64,000 nt of DNA from Nymphaea colorata (lineage: Eukaryota), in contig NC_045138.2 in the NCBI RefSeq assembly GCF_008831285.2, positions 35,216,001 through 35,280,000 on the forward strand, written 5' to 3'. The position numbers and the translations under genes are program-made. Of this stretch, positions 59,868 to 64,000 are shown piece after piece. Under the pieces are notes generated by a model. That model saw only the letters and a program-made list of their open reading frames with translations, made no database searches and was not told the DNA's origin. Every line of letters starts with the position of its first letter. Within the stretch, counting starts at the first letter, position 1.

Positions 59868-60821
59868 TGTGAGATCAATCGGACGCTAAGTCAAGCAAAA
59901 AACAATGCACGTAGAATGTGCATCGCGGTGGTGCGGTGACGAAGCGAATCAATGCATCAAGGTGGACAGTCCCTTTGGAAGTGCAAGTCCGTCATTGGGG
60001 AAACCAGTGGGTTCCCCACGCGTAGTGTTTGGATGCACAAAAGGGTGCGCGTGGGTTAGGGGCAATTCCCCCAGTGGGCGCATACGCTGCATTCCACAAC
60101 CGCGTAGAGTCACGCAGGGGTGAGCAAGTGAATGTTCATCGTCGAGTAGGGCGATGGTCGGCCGCCTTACTTAATGACATATAGTCGTCAATTGGCTTCG
60201 GTTGGGGACTTCTTCTCAACGGAAGTCTACCCCCACCCAGATTTCGCATGGATGTAGATAGGCACTTGGAGGAATGACGACGTTCTGACAGGGCCTCATG
60301 GCCACGGCTTGCCGATGGCCGACAATAGGATAAACCTGGGTGATGGTGTGCCGAGTGCTTAGCACTCCTCGTCTAGTCCACAGTCCCGAAGAAAAGATGA
60401 ATGCTTCTGCTAGCTTAAGAGAGAGTCGGCTGGCCGAAGGCTTTGGGGAACGTCTTCGGCGCCGCACGGGCTCGAGAAACTCGGCCCGTGACAAGTGGTA
60501 TCAGAGCAGATGATTCTCAGAAAGAACTTAGAAAAATGAGAACACTGCGATGATAACAAACAAATGGTTCTTTAAAATGTTGGCTTGTTTGGTGCCCTAA
60601 GGGTTTGGGCATGTTCATCGGACACTGGTTCAAGTGACCGCGTTGGTGTTGGCCAGATGGAGATCATACGTTCCGAAGATGATGTCTGGGCATCAGGAGC
60701 AAAAGGGCCAAGGGAGCCGCTCGCTGAGACAGATAGGGTGAGACCCGACGTGGAAAAGGATTGTCCAGGAAGGCAAGTGCCCTTAGTGTTGACATGTCTC
60801 GAGAAAGGAGCATGTGCACGG
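59868..60821 (+). mobile_element. 5' LTR, PBS and start of the internal region of an LTR retroelement, cut by a hAT insertion
   Basis: ...GGCCCGTGACA ends at 60493, followed by AGTGGTATCAGAGC (tRNA-iMet PBS). The LTR start TGTGAGA at 59868 is tentative. Confidence 0.6.
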
Positions 60822-61810
60822 TAGGCCTGGGCGTCGGGCCGGGTCTGGGTCGAGGAATTTTGTTATCGGGCCGAACTTGAGCGAGCCCCGCCCAGCCCGA
60901 GATCTTAACGGGCCGGGCCTGGTTATCACTTCTACAGCCCGGCCCGGCCCGACGGCCCGTTAGGAACTTAGGTCATGTTCCTCCCGCGCGGCTCCCCTTG
61001 TTTCACACTTTCACATTTTCCATCGAGGGAGGCTGGAGGCAGAGTAACAGAGTCTAGCAGATTCGTAGAGCCGCTACCTGCGCTGCAGAGACAGGGAGAC
61101 TGAGAGTGGGAGAGACCGTGTGCCCGCCACCGTTTCCATAGTCGATACCTGATACCCAGCCAGTCTCCGCCACTGTCACTGTCTCCGCTCCACCACTGGG
61201 CCACCGATAAAGAAATCAATGTGTTTTGTTGATGTAGGTTCTGCAGTATTCTGTATTCATACATAAATTATCACAACCCACATTTTTTTTTCCGAGATCT
61301 TGCCTCTTGGATAGTTGGATGCCGTTGGATCTCACCGCTGCATTGTAAATTTCGTTCTGCAGGTGCGCCATTTTTGTGGTGCAGGAATCCTCAAAAATGT
61401 CTTGACAAATGAAAGGCATTTCTTAGTTTAACTTTAGAAAGCAAAAATAAAGTGATAAATGATATTTTTATTTTGTCTTTTCTTTTTTTGGGTCAAAGTA
61501 TCACAAAATTTTCTTGTATTTTTTGTTTTCCTTTATTTTTCTTCTTTTTGGTGTTTCTGAAAATAATGGAAATTTCTGATAATGTTGTTGAGTTAGCACC
61601 TCGGTTCCCTGGGTTACATAGGTGGGGTTTGTTTGGACACGTGCTTTCAGTTACATAGTTATAGTACTCCATTAGCAACTTTGTCCTTTGTCTTATCATT
61701 ATTAGATGCAATGTAAGGGGCAGGGTTTCCATGGTAGCCAGAGAATTGTGGAACATAACCTGGGAATTCTTCTGGTGAGAGTTCTTTTATGGGTTTAACT
61801 CCATGTAGCA

Positions 61811-61920
61811 TCATCTTTGACTAGGATTGTTCTTCTTGTTGTAGCTTAATTGTTTTCTATGCATATCATCTTTGACTAGGATTGTTCTTCTTGTTGTAGC
61901 TTAATTGTTTTCTATGCATA
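61811..61920. repeat. ~55-bp direct tandem duplication
   Basis: TCATCTTTGACTAGGATTGTTCTTCTTGTTGTAGCTTAATTGTTTTCTATGCATA occurs twice in tandem. Confidence 0.92.
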
Positions 61921-62789
61921 TTTTTCACTAGTGAAGCCTTTCTACAGTCTATCTCTCCTTATAACATTGCAGTCCTTGTCTTTTGTAGATATGGTTCATT
62001 TGTTCCTTAATGTAGAAAGGAATAGGAGATAGAAAACTAGTCAAGGGTAACTAAAGGAGCAAGAAGTTATTATCATGTGGTTTGAGGGTTTTGTTGATTT
62101 CATTTTTAAAGACAAGTTGGTGATTGATATTTTTGGTTGGATCCGGCTGTTAGTCTCACATTCTTAGAGATGTGCTGATGTAATAATTAGCTTCATATGG
62201 ATGGTGAGGAATATAAGCAGATAATCCTTTTGTGGTTTTGTGGTTGATTGTTGCACAGTGGAGAACCTGATGTTCATTCTTGTATGAATAAACCATTAGA
62301 AATTGACTATACTTTTGGCATTTAGCTTCAATGAGAATCTTTAAATATGTATATGTCTCATTTAGCTTAAATTCTAAAAAAATGTTTGTTTTGATTGAGA
62401 ACAGGTCAAGTTTTTTGAATTTTATGGACGTAAGCTAAACACAAGTGGTGTTGGGATTTCTTGCAACGTGGGAGGAGCCTTTTTCCTGAAAAGTAGCAAA
62501 GGGTACGTTGCATGTGATTTCTGATTTGCCTATTTGTTCATATGGTTTTTGTCTCCTTTTCATGTAAATATTATATCATATTCACTCTTTTGTGTATGAA
62601 ATTTGTATTGTTTGACAGTTTTATGAAGTTTGAACGGCCGCATCTTATCTCCATTGAGGATCCATCTTAGCTAAACATTGATTTTCGTCATACTGAGGTA
62701 GAACAAGGAAGTATTGTTATGGTGGGTGATAGCTCTGTTTCACATTATTTTACTTTTGCAGAATTTTTATGTATGTTTTTTCCTTCCAG

Positions 62790-62853
62790 GTCTATATCAT
62801 TGATTTTGGACTTGCAAAGCGATATCGAGATTCTGCAAGCAACCACCACATTC
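62790..62853 (+). pseudogene. Captured casein kinase I exon fragment inside the hAT element
   Basis: A polypyrimidine tract and CAG acceptor precede VYIIDFGLAKRYRDSASNHHI, the CK1 subdomain VII signature. Confidence 0.85.
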
Positions 62854-63301
62854 TTTTATATTTCTTAAGGGCTACGTTCTTCTATATTTCTTATGGGGAA
62901 GGTAATTTTTTCCACAAGACTTGAGTCTCTTTCTTTTACATAGGTTCTTCAAGTTCATATGAAGGTTTGATCCTTAAGTGTTGTTCTGCCTGTATGTTAT
63001 GTTTGGACCATGGTAGAAAAATGTTGGCTTTAAAATTATTTTGTTCACTATAACTGATACAGGAAATTCATTAACTGAAAGATCTTAGATTCTACATGGA
63101 CTATGGACTGTTGATGCATTGTGTACACGATATTAAGAACCTAAAATTCGTGTTGTGCTAGTTTTCTTAAACGATTTACTGCTTTGTTGTTTGCCCATTG
63201 CAATTCTATGTTTTAGTGAATCTCTCTTGTGAGAATTTTTGTAATTGGTTTCCCTATGACTCTATGTTTAGGTTGTTCGGATATCATTCAAATAGTAAGT
63301 C

Positions 63302-64000
63302 ATGTCATCTAACATTAGGGATGAAGAATATCGTCCGATGGCAGATATAGAGGAAGATGAACCTTTTATATGTACTGAAAAAGACGTTCAATCCAAGAGA
63401 AAAAGAACTTCGATAGTATGGAATGACTTCAAATTAGTAGAATTTAATGGAAAAGAGTGGGCGAAATGCAAACATTGTGGTGAACGATTTACTGCACAAA
63501 GTAGCAGTGGTACGAGTCACTTGAAACGACATAGAGATATATGTGTCAGAAAACAAATACTTGATGGAAAATAAAAAATATTGTCATTGGAGTTGGTGAA
63601 TCTGGAGCCTCAAATTTAAGTCTACACAAACTTGATATGGACAGTATAAGAAAAGGTTTGGCTAAGTTGGCAATAATGCATGCACTTCCTTTCAGTATTG
63701 CAGAATATGAATATCTTAACGATCTTCTAAAGCTTTGCAATCCAATGTTTGTGCCAATTTCTAGGAGAACACTTACAAAAGACATACAGTCAATGTTCTT
63801 GACTGAAAAAAAGAGATATCAAGAACTTGTAAATAACCAAGTGCAACGGATATCATTGACATTTGATATGTGGTCCTCACAACAGACATTAGGGTACTTA
63901 TGCTTGATAGCCTCTCTTATTGATACAGATTGACAATTGCACTCTCACATACTTAATTTTATACATGTGCCTCCACCACATAATGTAATTTGTATATGTG
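63302..64000 (+). pseudogene. hAT transposase (BED zinc finger and start of the catalytic domain), inactivated
   Basis: SIVWNDF..AKCKHC..GTSHLKRH..C; stop plus frameshift at about 63572; MHALPFS..RISLTFDMWSS (first catalytic Asp); in-frame TGA at 63931 where Trp is expected. Confidence 0.9.

Larger units (their letters stand above)
60822..64000 (+). mobile_element. hAT (Ac-like, BED-finger) DNA transposon, left end; continues beyond the window
   Basis: Starts TAGGCCTGGGC with dense CGGGCC/GGCCCG subterminal repeats (60822-60960); transposase begins at 63302. Confidence 0.8.

Overview
Flowering-plant nuclear DNA with GT-AG introns and dense transposon content; no rRNA, tRNA or CRISPR array was found. 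Three intact genes were reconstructed by hand, exon by exon, with consistent splice phases. They are ALKBH6 (minus, 7 exons, about 275 aa), NUP214 (minus, 18 exons over about 42 kb, about 1751 aa, C-terminal FG repeats) and a divergently transcribed CPBP/CAAX-protease-family membrane protease (plus, 10 exons, about 344 aa). NUP214 introns hold two full-length Ty1/Copia elements. One has identical LTRs and an unbroken 1434-aa ORF; the other is decayed and nested inside two hAT MITEs. The introns also hold a 2.9-kb solo LTR inside a chromovirus remnant, a TRIM solo LTR, a hAT dimerisation-domain remnant and several MITEs with 8-bp TSDs. The most notable feature is a 1.2-kb 'Pack'-type hAT-like element (7873-9100, 8-bp TSD) that splits an old LINE RT remnant. 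It carries a captured 1-Cys peroxiredoxin 5' end (ABRE/RY promoter motifs kept, catalytic Cys deleted) followed by a receptor-kinase exon. A second hAT at the right end carries a casein kinase I exon. An identical 12-bp-arm palindrome occurs in both a Copia LTR and a DNA-transposon MITE. All family assignments come from motif recognition, not database searches.
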